Below are positions 24,027 to 33,527 of a stretch of DNA of 40,000 bases, piece by piece (the stretch's first letter is position 1; each line of letters opens with the position of its first letter). The notes beneath the pieces are model-generated. The model was not told where the DNA came from. It did no database searches and was given only the letters and a program-made list of their open reading frames with translations. The stretch spans positions 638,934 to 678,933 of the forward strand of contig OZ252287.1 in the NCBI GenBank assembly GCA_965250085.1, given 5' to 3'. The stretch is from Candidatus Altimarinota bacterium. Lineage in GTDB: Bacteria; Patescibacteriota; Gracilibacteria; CAIRYL01. The translations under genes and the position numbers were made by a program.

Positions 24027-24040
24027 AGGGGGAATAAAGA

Positions 24041-24805
24041 CTAGAAAAGTCTTTTTTGAACAAATGCCATAAAAGCTCCCAACATGAGATATCCATTAAA
24101 TACTTCTATATCAGCAATAATTTTTGCAGGAATAGTTGCCGGAAATACGTCTCCAAATCCAAGTGTAGTAAAAGTAGCAATGGAAAAATGGAGTGCATCA
24201 TACCAATGGATTCCGGTTATAGCATTGGAATGTGTAAGACCTCCTGCAATCAAAAAGAGTGCTGCATAAAGAGTAACCGCAAAGAGACATGACATTCCCC
24301 ATCGAAAAAAACTGAGACTATAGAGAGAGCTTAATTCCCAAATTCTATACGCCAGGAATCTCCCCCACTTTGATTCAAATTTATAAAACCTCTTTCGGTA
24401 TTCCATTTTTTGCAAATGTACTTTTTTGTAAGCGTCCCTGAATTCTTTTCTTCGATAACTTGTTTCAAGTGTCGTGAAGTGTCTCTCCATAATTTGATAA
24501 AATGCTTGTGCTTGATGTTTGAGGATTGGATCTTTTGAATTTGATTTCCACTGATCAAGATATTGCTGTTCTTGTTTCTCAAAGTACTCCAGCATCATGT
24601 CATACAAATGCTTTTCCGATCGGGTTTCATACAGCACATGTCTCTGCAGGGAAATTCTGAGAAGGTAATAGTAGTAGGTCCCTCGCGTTTCAAAATCATC
24701 TTTATCGAGCTGCTCAAATTTGTCTTCAAAAACACTTCTTGCTTCTTCCAAATGAGCAGAAAGCTCTTGATTTTCAATAGCCGAAACTGCTTCGTGAATT
24801 TTCAA
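24041..24805 (-). CDS. Two-TM potassium-channel-family protein with a ~150 aa cytoplasmic N-terminal domain
   Basis: C-terminal pore module HWYDALHFSIATFTTLGFGDVFP (selectivity-filter-like TLGFGD) flanked by two TM helices. The N-terminal helical, charged domain is of unknown function. Confidence 0.8.
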   Translation of the reverse strand: MKIHEAVSAIENQELSAHLEEARSVFEDKFEQLDKDDFETRGTYYYYLLRISLQRHVLYETRSEKHLYDMMLEYFEKQEQQYLDQWKSNSKDPILKHQAQAFYQIMERHFTTLETSYRRKEFRDAYKKVHLQKMEYRKRFYKFESKWGRFLAYRIWELSSLYSLSFFRWGMSCLFAVTLYAALFLIAGGLTHSNAITGIHWYDALHFSIATFTTLGFGDVFPATIPAKIIADIEVFNGYLMLGAFMAFVQKRLF

Positions 24806-24985
24806 AGAGTATATGTTTATATCCGATCATTGTACCAGAAACAAAGAAGAAACTCAATAAAATAAGAAATAAAAATCTACAGGGTGAAAGAGGATCCTGT
24901 CTTTTTCTTACAATACTATCATCAGATTTCTTCTCGCTTTTCTCAAAAAATCATGGAAAAATAAAGCTCCCTCATTTTTAGAGAC

Positions 24986-26335
24986 ATGGCTGCAAAAAAG
25001 CAGAAAATCCCGCCACAAGCACTTGATGCAGAGCGCTCGTTGCTCGGATCAGTTTTGATCGATCCGAATGCTCTCATCAAAATAGTAGACATTATTCATC
25101 CTGATGATTTTTATTCAGATGTTCATAATAAAATTTACTCAGCAATGGCAGAGCTCAGTACAAAACATAAGCCCATTGACCTTATTACGCTGTCTGATCT
25201 TTTGGAAGAAAAAAATATTTTAGAATCAATAGGGGGTGCTGGTGTTTTGAGTGAGCTAACGACAGAAGTGCCATCCGCAAGCCATGTCGTGGAATACGCG
25301 CAAATCGTGAAAAAAAAATCTGTTCTGAGAAAAATGATTGTGGCTGGAGATAAAGTAATGGGATTCGGATATGATGAAGAAAAAGAAACAGAAGATCTTT
25401 TGGAATCTGCAGAAAAAGAAGTTTTTAGTATTTCGCAAACTTTTCTGCAGAACAAATTTGTTTCTCTAAAAGATATCCTGAGTAAGCGATTTGAAGCATT
25501 TGCTGAGCTACATGAAGCTGAAGATAAAGATCAGATTCGTGGGATATCCAGTGGATTCAAAAGTCTCAATAATATTCTGGGGGGATTTCAGGCTTCTGAT
25601 CTCATTGTCCTTGCTGCCCGTCCTTCCATGGGAAAAACCGCTCTTTCTCTTACATTTGCTTTAAGCGCTGCTATTGATCACAAAAAAACTATTGGTATCT
25701 TTTCACTAGAGATGTCCAAAGAACAATTGGTGGACCGTATGTTTGCTTCCAGGCTCAAAGTTGATTCTTGGAAACTTCAACGAGGTCGACTTTCTGATGA
25801 AGATTTTCAGAAAATGGGACCTGTAATGGATGAACTCTCTTCCATTCCGGTTTACATTGACGATTCTGTGGGCGCGAGCATTTCAGAACTCAGGGCCAAA
25901 GCACGAAGGCTTCAGATGGAACATGGACTGGATATGATCATTATTGATTATCTGCAACTCATGACAACGGGCAACTCTGCTTTGATGGGCAACAGAGTAC
26001 AAGAAATTTCAGAGATCTCACGAAGCCTCAAGGCACTCTCACGTGAGCTCCATATTCCTATTTTGGCACTCTCGCAGCTTTCTCGTGGGGTAGAAGCTCG
26101 AAACGACAAACGCCCTATTCTCTCTGACCTCAGAGATTCGGGTGCCATCGAGCAAGATGCAGATATTGTGATGATGCTTTATAGAGATGATTACTATAAT
26201 GAGGATTCCGACTTTCCTGGCATTACAGAAATTTGGGTTCGAAAACATCGAAATGGACCAATCGGACATATTGACCTTCGATTTGATAAAACTCAAATGA
26301 GATTTTACGAACTGGAAAAAACTCGAAGTGAGTAA
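24986..26335 (+). CDS. dnaB: Replicative DNA helicase DnaB
   Basis: PPQALDAERSLLGSVLIDP N-terminal domain, Walker A ARPSMGKTALSL, IIDYLQLM, SRSLKALSRELHIPILALSQLSR and LRDSGAIEQDADIVMMLYRDDYY. Confidence 0.95.
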   Translation: MAAKKQKIPPQALDAERSLLGSVLIDPNALIKIVDIIHPDDFYSDVHNKIYSAMAELSTKHKPIDLITLSDLLEEKNILESIGGAGVLSELTTEVPSASHVVEYAQIVKKKSVLRKMIVAGDKVMGFGYDEEKETEDLLESAEKEVFSISQTFLQNKFVSLKDILSKRFEAFAELHEAEDKDQIRGISSGFKSLNNILGGFQASDLIVLAARPSMGKTALSLTFALSAAIDHKKTIGIFSLEMSKEQLVDRMFASRLKVDSWKLQRGRLSDEDFQKMGPVMDELSSIPVYIDDSVGASISELRAKARRLQMEHGLDMIIIDYLQLMTTGNSALMGNRVQEISEISRSLKALSRELHIPILALSQLSRGVEARNDKRPILSDLRDSGAIEQDADIVMMLYRDDYYNEDSDFPGITEIWVRKHRNGPIGHIDLRFDKTQMRFYELEKTRSE

Positions 26336-26423
26336 GTTCTTATGGTGTTTCAATAAAATTGCTTGAGAAAATGAAAAGGTTTTTATTTCAAGATTTTCAC
26401 TTTTAACTTTCGATTCCCTTAGT

Positions 26424-26900
26424 ATGTATTGTCAGAAGTGTCGACACGAAGTAACAAGAGTGATTGATTCTCGCATCACTGATGAAGGTTCTTCTACTCG
26501 CAGGAGGCGAGAATGTGAAAAATGCGGATATCGATTTACCACGTTTGAGCGCCGTGAAAGCACGGGGCTCATTGTGAGCAAAACAAATAATCTCAGAGAA
26601 CCATTTTCAAGAGAAAAATTGGAAAAAAGTATCTGGACTGCATGTGGCAAAAGACCCGTTACTCGAGATGAAGTAGAAAATATGATTTCTGAGCTTGAAG
26701 AAAAATGGGGGAACAATCGAGAAATATCATCCAGACGAATTGGAGAAGATGTAATGAAATCTCTCAAAAAACTTGATCACGTTGCCTACATTCGATTTGC
26801 AAGCGTGTACAGAAGTTTTAAAGATGTTGAGGATTTCAAGAAAGAAATTTCAGCTCTTTTTGGAGATAAAAACAAGAATACAAAACACAACTCCTCATGA
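26424..26900 (+). CDS. nrdR: Transcriptional repressor NrdR
   Basis: MYCQKCRHEVTRVIDSRITDEGSSTRRRRECEKCGYRFTTFER zinc ribbon, followed by an ATP-cone (VSKTNNLREPFSREKLEKSI...AYIRFASVYRSFKDVEDF). Confidence 0.95.
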   Translation: MYCQKCRHEVTRVIDSRITDEGSSTRRRRECEKCGYRFTTFERRESTGLIVSKTNNLREPFSREKLEKSIWTACGKRPVTRDEVENMISELEEKWGNNREISSRRIGEDVMKSLKKLDHVAYIRFASVYRSFKDVEDFKKEISALFGDKNKNTKHNSS

Positions 26901-27466
26901 ACATTGCACTTCAAACATTGTTGCAAAATTTAAAAGAAGAGGGGGAGAAGAGAAATATTCCGAATATCTCTTTTCAAACAGGTGAAATTTTGCAATTCCT
27001 CATTCAAATCATAAGAGCAAAAAATGTTCTTGAAATCGGGTGTGCAAATGGGTTTTCTACAATCTTTCTAGCCGCAGTGGCAGAAAAAATAGGAGGCAAG
27101 GTCGTTACATGTGATATCTCCCTTCCAAGTTTTCGCGAAGCTCAAAAAAATGTAAAATCTGCGAGTTTATCTGACATTGTAGAATTTCGATTTGGGGATG
27201 GAAGGAATATATGTATTAAAAAAGAGAATTTTAAATTCATATTTATAGATGCTCAAAAGGATAAAACTCATGAATTTTTTGAATATGGAATACGTTTTCT
27301 TTCTCCCGATGGAGTTATTTGCATAGATAATGCTCGCAAATTTCCTCAAAAAATGAGTCTGTTCGATACTTTAAAATCACAGACTAAAGATTTTATCTTT
27401 TTTGATATTTTCATTAGTGAGCATGATGCTATGACACTTTGTTTTTCTCAAAATACTTCCAAGTAA
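26897..27466 (+). CDS. Class I SAM-dependent O-methyltransferase (caffeoyl-CoA OMT-like family)
   Basis: SAM motif VLEIGCANGFSTIFLA, and FIFIDAQKDKTHEFFE typical of the Methyltransf_3/24 family. Its ATG overlaps the nrdR stop (ATGA). Confidence 0.75.
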   Translation: MNIALQTLLQNLKEEGEKRNIPNISFQTGEILQFLIQIIRAKNVLEIGCANGFSTIFLAAVAEKIGGKVVTCDISLPSFREAQKNVKSASLSDIVEFRFGDGRNICIKKENFKFIFIDAQKDKTHEFFEYGIRFLSPDGVICIDNARKFPQKMSLFDTLKSQTKDFIFFDIFISEHDAMTLCFSQNTSK

Positions 27467-27468
27467 TT

Positions 27469-27996
27469 TTAAGAAGCACAATTTGCTCCTGATTGAGTGC
27501 AGGACGTATTGTCCACATAGAGCTCTAAAGTGTCATTCCCTCCTGGTTCAATACGGTTCCAATTCGTATTTGAAGGACTGTCTCCTTTTCCAGGACTTGG
27601 CACCGCCATATAATCTATGCAACAACCGGGGCCCATATTATATTCACTTGCGTCATATTCCGTAGCACCATCTTCAATAACAACTGCCCTATCTTCAAGT
27701 GTCCATCTCACATGTCCATCATTTCCAAATCGCCGTCTATTATAATTGGAAAGATTGTCAGAAACCTGATATCCAGGACCGTGTCCAGAGATGTCGTACA
27801 TAGATGCTTCAAACATCCCATCCACTATAAAATATGAGGCTTTTGCTTCCTGCGCGAGTTTGTTTTTATCAGTAGAGTGGATTATGAGCGTTCCTACACC
27901 GATAATGGCAACTGACATCACTGCCACAGAAATAATAGAAATGACAATTGCATTTCCTTTTTTTCGAGTTTCGTGATTACTTCTTCTAAGATACAT
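27469..27996 (-). CDS. Putative pilus-associated (PilX-N-like / minor pseudopilin-like) protein with an N-terminal TM anchor
   Basis: After a basic N-terminus comes KKGNAIVISIISVAVMSVAIIGVGTLII, a hydrophobic helix that lacks the G|FTLIE processing site. A Gly/Asp/Asn-rich extracytoplasmic domain follows. Adjacent to the T4P genes. Start chosen at ATG 27996. Confidence 0.45.
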   Translation of the reverse strand: MYLRRSNHETRKKGNAIVISIISVAVMSVAIIGVGTLIIHSTDKNKLAQEAKASYFIVDGMFEASMYDISGHGPGYQVSDNLSNYNRRRFGNDGHVRWTLEDRAVVIEDGATEYDASEYNMGPGCCIDYMAVPSPGKGDSPSNTNWNRIEPGGNDTLELYVDNTSCTQSGANCAS

Positions 27997-28155
27997 CTTA
28001 TGGTTTTTAACAGAGACCAACAGACGCTCCAAAGTATACCGATGAAGTACCAGGAAGAAAAGAGAGTCTTTTTCTCATACATTATATTCTAAAATTTATC
28101 TTGTTTTTTAGGGCCTTTTCAGGTACAATGATGAGAAAACTTAATACAAAAACAT

Positions 28156-29307
28156 ATGACTTCTGATGCACAAAATACCCCTGGGGATATCGATCCTGTT
28201 TTTGAGCAGATACATGCATTGCAGCAATCTAAATCTGAACAAACGGAAATCTCTGGAGAATCCTCAAAAGCAATGGAAGAAAATGTTATCCCAGTAGAAA
28301 AAAATATTTCAGAAAGGTTAGAAAAAAATGTGGGCGAAGATCAAATAGTCACCAAGGATAAAAACAATAGAAGTTTATATGTTCTCACTATGGAAAAAGG
28401 AAAGCATTTTTTCCAAAAGATACTACTGGACATTCAGGGTGTAGGGAAAAAAGAAGGAAGCTTTTTTCATTTTTTACACAAATCGAAAGACAAATCTGCT
28501 GAAAACATCCTTATTGAAAATATTTTAAGCCAAGGAAAAGAAGAAGAAGAAAAAACAAAACAAAAAGAAATACTATATAAAAAAAATGCTTTTGCTGAAG
28601 ATCGCAAACTCTCTCCAGAGGAAATGGCTCAGCAAAAAACAGAGAGGGGGAAAGCTGAAGAACTTCTTCGATTTTCGAAAGTTCTTACTCTTGGGATTTT
28701 GGTGATTCCTCTCTTTTCATTTCTCTTCAGTGCAATGTTTTTGAGTACTTCTGGATTCTTCTCCACTCTAGTGGAAGACAAGAATTACGCACTTAACTTT
28801 CGGAAAAAAACAGAAGAGCTTCACACTCTCAAGTTATTTGTATCTTCTCAAGAGAAAAAAATTGCCGATCTCGAAGGAAAAATTGCGGAAATCAAGGAAA
28901 ACAAAGTACTTGCGGAGATTGCAGATAACAGAATTCACTGGAGAGAGGTTTTTGAAACTATCAATCGGATTACAGATACTGCTTTTGAAGGAAATAAAAT
29001 CAGTAAATATGTAAACTATAGTAATTACTCTGGAAATAGTAAGAATGAAACGATACAAGTAGACGGGAATGTAAGAAGTCTCGTCGGTGCCAGTTGGCAG
29101 GATCTTATTAAGCTTCGAAATGTCCTTTCATCACATGACAGCTTTGAACCAGAAGAAATATATTTCCGCCAATTTGTGAAACACAAAGCCCAAAACTCTT
29201 CACAAATTGCTACTTCAGAATATGTGACACCTTTTAGTCTATCGTTTAAGTACATACGTGAAGATCTTGAAGAAGGTGGTGAGAACGATTTGCATGCGGC
29301 TCCATGA
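28156..29307 (+). CDS. Bitopic membrane protein, possibly a PilN-like pilus assembly component
   Basis: ~175 aa acidic, low-complexity cytoplasmic N-terminus, one TM (VLTLGILVIPLFSFLFSAMFL), then a coiled coil (LHTLKLFVSSQEKKIADLEGKIAEIKENK) and an alpha/beta C-terminal domain. It lies upstream of PilO-like, pilB and pilC. Confidence 0.45.
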   Translation: MTSDAQNTPGDIDPVFEQIHALQQSKSEQTEISGESSKAMEENVIPVEKNISERLEKNVGEDQIVTKDKNNRSLYVLTMEKGKHFFQKILLDIQGVGKKEGSFFHFLHKSKDKSAENILIENILSQGKEEEEKTKQKEILYKKNAFAEDRKLSPEEMAQQKTERGKAEELLRFSKVLTLGILVIPLFSFLFSAMFLSTSGFFSTLVEDKNYALNFRKKTEELHTLKLFVSSQEKKIADLEGKIAEIKENKVLAEIADNRIHWREVFETINRITDTAFEGNKISKYVNYSNYSGNSKNETIQVDGNVRSLVGASWQDLIKLRNVLSSHDSFEPEEIYFRQFVKHKAQNSSQIATSEYVTPFSLSFKYIREDLEEGGENDLHAAP

Positions 29308-29370
29308 TAAAAAAGAGAATGCCTTGGTGCGTTCATCTATAATTTATTACTTGTAATTTATAATTTCTCC

Positions 29371-30105
29371 ATGCTTCCTGTCGACAAACGAAAAGCTGAA
29401 ATTTACCTCAAAAGAGTTCGCACTCTCCATAAAAATGCATATACCTATTTTGCCCTCGCGGGCATAATCGTTTTTAGTACTTTGGTACTTCATTCATACC
29501 CGAAATTTCAAGAAATGCAGCAACTCAAAAGTGATATTCGGGAAACTGAAACAAAAATAAATGAACAGGAAGAAAAGAAGCAACAATTGCAGAAAGAACT
29601 TGAAGAAATTGCCGATGAATACGAAATAGTGTTGGAAGAGTGGAAGCCAATTTTAGACCAAGTGCTTCCTCAGCAAAACCCTACAGATCAAGTGGTTAGA
29701 TTTTTAGAAGAATTTTCTCTTGCTTCTGATACCAAGAGTCATCCTATGAAGATTGAAAATATTTCGTTTTCTAGTGCTCTTGAGGAAGAAAGCTACTCTG
29801 TACTTCCTTTTCGAATGAGTGTGGAAGCAGATGAATACAATTTCATTCTCTTTTTGGAGCGAGTAAAAAATTCTGGGTCACTTAAAAAATCTGATTTTTA
29901 CAAACTCGAACCAGTTCCTATCATGAGCATAGAATCTATAAGTGTTAACCTTCCTGAGCAAAGAATAAACACTCCTAGAATAATCTCATTAGGAGATGAG
30001 GGGCTCGAAGTAGAAACTTTCATATTCACTGTAGAAATGGAGGCGTACTTTCGCGAAGAAGTAAATGAAGAATCTTCTTCTCCGCCTCTTACTCCTGATG
30101 CATAA
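29371..30105 (+). CDS. Bitopic membrane protein, PilO-like pilus assembly component
   Basis: Short N-terminus, TM (YFALAGIIVFSTLVLH), a long coiled coil (EMQQLKSDIRETETKINEQEEKKQQLQKELEEIADE) and a C-terminal domain. This matches the PilO topology and gene position. Confidence 0.5.
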   Translation: MLPVDKRKAEIYLKRVRTLHKNAYTYFALAGIIVFSTLVLHSYPKFQEMQQLKSDIRETETKINEQEEKKQQLQKELEEIADEYEIVLEEWKPILDQVLPQQNPTDQVVRFLEEFSLASDTKSHPMKIENISFSSALEEESYSVLPFRMSVEADEYNFILFLERVKNSGSLKKSDFYKLEPVPIMSIESISVNLPEQRINTPRIISLGDEGLEVETFIFTVEMEAYFREEVNEESSSPPLTPDA

Positions 30106-30130
30106 AATTTTATGATTCTTTTTCTTTTCC

Positions 30131-31372
30131 ATGGCGGTTCAAGATCTGAGAGAAAAATTGACGGATGCAATTATAGCGGGAAACACTCCTCAGATTGTAA
30201 AAATATGTCTCACCATGGCACTTGAAATGGGTGCTTCTGATGTTCATGTAGAACCTGGAGAAAAAATCGTTCGCATTCGATTTCGTATCGATGGCATCTT
30301 GAGAGAAATAATTGAATATCCTCATAATATACATTCGGCCGTGATTTCTCGTATAAAAATCATGTCTGGATTAAAAATCGATGAACAGAGAAAGCCACAA
30401 GATGGGCGTATGCAAATGGTTACTGAAAACCATAAGCAAATTGAACTTCGTGTCTCTACTTTGCCCACAATAAATACAGAAAAAGCTTGTATGCGTTTGC
30501 AAGATAAAAACAAAAATATTCCTCCTCTTGAAAAACTAGGACTTAGAGGAAACAACTATAAAGCAATGATGAAAACTATCAAAAATCCAAATGGAATTAC
30601 GCTTGTGACAGGGCCTACCGGATCAGGAAAAACAACAACCCTCTACTCTATGATGGATGTATTAAATAAGGTGGATGTAAATATTTTAACCATTGAAGAT
30701 CCAGTAGAATACGAAATGCCCGGACTCTCACAGAGTCAAGTAAAGCCTGAGATTGATTATGATTTTTACTTCGGTCTTCGTACAGCATTGAGGCAGGATC
30801 CAGATATCATCATGGTGGGAGAAATACGAGATCAGGAGACTATTGAAACTGCTATCAAAGCGGCTCTTACTGGCCATATGGTGCTCTCTACTATTCACAC
30901 CAATTCTGCTGCATCAACAGTCACTCGTATTTTAGATATGGGGGTAAAGCCTTTTAAAATAACTGCTTCTCTTAGAACCATTCAGGCACAGAGATTGGTG
31001 CGAAAAATTTGCGAAAACTGTAAAGAAGAGTATGTGGCAGAATCAAAAGTAGCTGAGGAAATTGCTAAGGAACTCCAACAACTCCATGCTGAAGAAGATT
31101 TTGATCGCACTCTTTTACAAGATATGAAGCTCTATCGCGGAAAAGGCTGTGAAAAATGTGAACATACTGGAATGAAAGGGCGAGTCGCTATTTTTGAAGT
31201 AATGACGATGACCAGGCAACTTGAAGAAATGATTCTCAATGGAAAGCATGAAAAGGATATTGAAGATTTTGCTATTTCACAGGGAATGACAACGTTATTG
31301 CAAGATGGATACATCAAAACACTTTTGGGAGTAACAACTCTCGAAGAAATCTATAAAGTCGCGAACTCTTAA
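30131..31372 (+). CDS. pilB: Type IV pilus assembly ATPase, PilB/GspE family (short form without the N1 domain)
   Basis: Walker A GPTGSGKTTTLYS, Asp box ILTIEDPVEY, Walker B ALRQDPDIIMVGEIRD, His box GHMVLSTIHTN, and the tetracysteine motif CENC...CEKC typical of PilB/GspE rather than PilT. Confidence 0.9.
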   Translation: MAVQDLREKLTDAIIAGNTPQIVKICLTMALEMGASDVHVEPGEKIVRIRFRIDGILREIIEYPHNIHSAVISRIKIMSGLKIDEQRKPQDGRMQMVTENHKQIELRVSTLPTINTEKACMRLQDKNKNIPPLEKLGLRGNNYKAMMKTIKNPNGITLVTGPTGSGKTTTLYSMMDVLNKVDVNILTIEDPVEYEMPGLSQSQVKPEIDYDFYFGLRTALRQDPDIIMVGEIRDQETIETAIKAALTGHMVLSTIHTNSAASTVTRILDMGVKPFKITASLRTIQAQRLVRKICENCKEEYVAESKVAEEIAKELQQLHAEEDFDRTLLQDMKLYRGKGCEKCEHTGMKGRVAIFEVMTMTRQLEEMILNGKHEKDIEDFAISQGMTTLLQDGYIKTLLGVTTLEEIYKVANS

Positions 31373-31432
31373 CTCTTATTTCATAATTTTTTCCTTATAC
31401 TAGCTACCTCTCAATTTTTAATTCCCCTCCCT

Positions 31433-32632
31433 ATGACAGACTCTCCTTCACTTCATATCGGCAAAGACGAATACAAAGCAGTTAATATCACAGATGTAAG
31501 GCCTGCAAACCAGCAAATGTCTAGTGGAAGTCTGTTTGAGAGACTCAATGAGTGGGTTATCGTCAAATCCCCTTTAAAACTCAAGGAAAAAGTTGCCTTC
31601 TTTCGACTTCTCGCAACTATGATCAATGCCGGTGTCTCACTGATCAAAGCGCTTTATATTTTAGAAGAACAAACTCAGGATCAGAAAATGAAGCGTATTT
31701 GTCAGTCCATTGCTCTTAAAATAGAACTCGGGCAAAAGCTTTCTCAGGGACTTGAAGATTATCCTGAAATCTTTACTGACTCAGAGATTGGAATGGTTCG
31801 CTCAGGAGAAGCTTCGGGAAGGCTCAATGATATTTTGATTACTCTTGCAGATGAAGTAGAAAAAAATGCAAAGTTAAGAGGGAAAATAAAGGGCGCTATG
31901 ATGTATCCCCTCGCAATTATTGTAGTAGTTATCGCCGTTTTTGTGACAGTAACAGTGCTTGTAATTCCAAAAATGCAAGCCATCTTTGAAACTGCTGGAG
32001 CAGAGCTTCCCTCAAGTACCAAGTTTTTAATGGCGATGAGTAATTTTTTCCGAGGATCCTTTTTTGGAATTCCGAATTTTATTTTTATTATTCTGGGAAC
32101 TATTGGGCTCGGTGTCGCTTTTAAGATGTGGAAAAATACTGAATCAGGAAAGTATTATTGGGATAAGTTCTTTCTCAAAATTCCTATTTTTGGAACACTC
32201 AAGAGAAAATTGGTTCTCACTCAATTTGCCAATAATATTTCAACTCTGACCAAAAGTGGTATCTCTATTGTAAAAACCCTTAAAATTACTTCTGATGTTG
32301 TAGGCAATGAAGTATACAAAAGACGTATCCTTCTCATTGCTGAAGATGTAAAACAAGGTATTACTATTGGAGAAAACATAAAAGGAGACATCAAAATATT
32401 TCCCACTATGCTGGTATCTATGATCGCTATTGGTGAGCAAACTGCTCAGTTGGATACCGTGACGGCAAAAGTAGCAGATTTTTATCAGGATGAAGTAGAC
32501 ACGATGGTCAAATCTCTCTCCTCTCTTATGGAGCCATTCATTATTGTTTTTATAGGAGGAATTGTAGGATTTATGGTAAGTGCCATCATGCAGCCGGTAT
32601 TACAACTGAGTGATGTTGCTTCCAGTCTATAG
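31433..32632 (+). CDS. pilC: Type IV pilus platform protein PilC (GspF family)
   Basis: Two T2SSF repeats (FFRLLATMINAGVSLIKAL...; LTQFANNISTLTKSGISIVKTL...) and three TM segments. Ends ...GGIVGFMVSAIMQPVLQL. Confidence 0.9.
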   Translation: MTDSPSLHIGKDEYKAVNITDVRPANQQMSSGSLFERLNEWVIVKSPLKLKEKVAFFRLLATMINAGVSLIKALYILEEQTQDQKMKRICQSIALKIELGQKLSQGLEDYPEIFTDSEIGMVRSGEASGRLNDILITLADEVEKNAKLRGKIKGAMMYPLAIIVVVIAVFVTVTVLVIPKMQAIFETAGAELPSSTKFLMAMSNFFRGSFFGIPNFIFIILGTIGLGVAFKMWKNTESGKYYWDKFFLKIPIFGTLKRKLVLTQFANNISTLTKSGISIVKTLKITSDVVGNEVYKRRILLIAEDVKQGITIGENIKGDIKIFPTMLVSMIAIGEQTAQLDTVTAKVADFYQDEVDTMVKSLSSLMEPFIIVFIGGIVGFMVSAIMQPVLQLSDVASSL

Positions 32633-32693
32633 TATTACATACTATTTTTGAGAACTTGACAAACACTGCTCCCTATGACCTAAGAAATATTGC

Positions 32694-32722
32694 TTGTTTT
32701 TTAAACGGAGAAATGGTATACT
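32694..32722 (+). promoter_or_regulatory. Candidate extended -10 promoter for the pilin gene
   Basis: TTGTTT (32694..32699), 17 nt, then TGgTATACT (TATACT at 32717..32722). A ~100 nt T/C-rich leader precedes the ATG at 32827. This is a pattern match only. Confidence 0.25.
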
Positions 32723-32826
32723 GGTGGGTGAAGATGTAGACAAAAATATATTTTTCTTTAAAAATTCTGTTCTCATTTTTGATTTCTTTTTTTCCTTTTT
32801 TTTTATCTTTTTATCCCTTTTTTCTT

Positions 32827-33336
32827 ATGAAGAATACAAAAGGTTTTACCCTTATCGAGCTTCTCGTGGTGATTGCCATTATTGGTATCCTCGCGACCGG
32901 AGCTGTTACTGTATTTTCTCAGGCTCAAGCAAAAGCTCGTGATGCCGTGAGACTTGCAGATCTCAACACACTCCGCAGTGCTGTAGAGGTCTATAGAGCT
33001 GACAATACCACCTATCCAGATGGTACCAGCGCCACTACCTTTGACTCTGCTATTGAAGGACCTTATGTCCAGTCAGTTCCAAGTGGTGCTACTGCTTATC
33101 CATATAACTACGCAGTGCTTACTTCTGAGTTAGCAGCCCCAACAAATTATGAAATGGCTGTTCTTTTGGAAGCATCTTCTAACTTAACTGCCACTGGAGC
33201 CGCCCAAACTGATGGAGGTGGACAAACCGATGCATATGAAGTCGGTCCTGTCTCTAGTTACATTGAAGGAGCCTCTGGAGCAACCGGCGCAAATACCGCT
33301 GCTACTTCTCCTGCCGCTACTATGAGTGTGTTGTAA
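32827..33336 (+). CDS. Type IV pilin (prepilin with an N-terminal methylation motif)
   Basis: MKNTKG|FTLIELLVVIAIIGILATGAV is a canonical class III signal peptide. The mature protein has no Cys and an Ala/Thr/Gly-rich C-terminus. Start at ATG 32827, because the track's upstream extension is F/L-rich junk. Confidence 0.9.
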   Translation: MKNTKGFTLIELLVVIAIIGILATGAVTVFSQAQAKARDAVRLADLNTLRSAVEVYRADNTTYPDGTSATTFDSAIEGPYVQSVPSGATAYPYNYAVLTSELAAPTNYEMAVLLEASSNLTATGAAQTDGGGQTDAYEVGPVSSYIEGASGATGANTAATSPAATMSVL

Positions 33337-33363
33337 TACGTAATACACTTTCTTAGGCTTGAT

Positions 33364-33395
33364 AAAAAGACCGACTCATCTGAGTCGGTCTTTTT
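33364..33395 (+). terminator. Rho-independent (potentially bidirectional) terminator after the pilin gene
   Basis: AAAAA-GACCGACTCA-TC-TGAGTCGGTC-TTTTT: a perfect 10-bp GC-containing stem flanked by an A5 run and a T5 run, 28 nt after the pilin stop. Confidence 0.8.
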
Positions 33396-33527
33396 GAAAA
33401 TATATTATACACCCCCCCTCCCTTCGTTGGTTCAGGTTTTTTCTCCATCGAATGTTCGTGACATAAAGGTGTGTTTATGAGAGAATAATAGTCCGAGAGA
33501 AAAAACCTCTTTGCTCTTTATCACCAC

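Noticed and set aside
23948-24040. preQ1 riboswitch upstream of the yhhQ-containing operon
   Set aside because: I looked for it because yhhQ genes are known preQ1-riboswitch targets. The preQ1-I signature (5-bp stem, conserved loop, A-rich tail ending in CUA-GG near the RBS) is not present on the coding strand, and a near-copy of the element also lies at the 3' end of the operon. It is kept as a generic attenuator or repeat finding instead; cmsearch should confirm.
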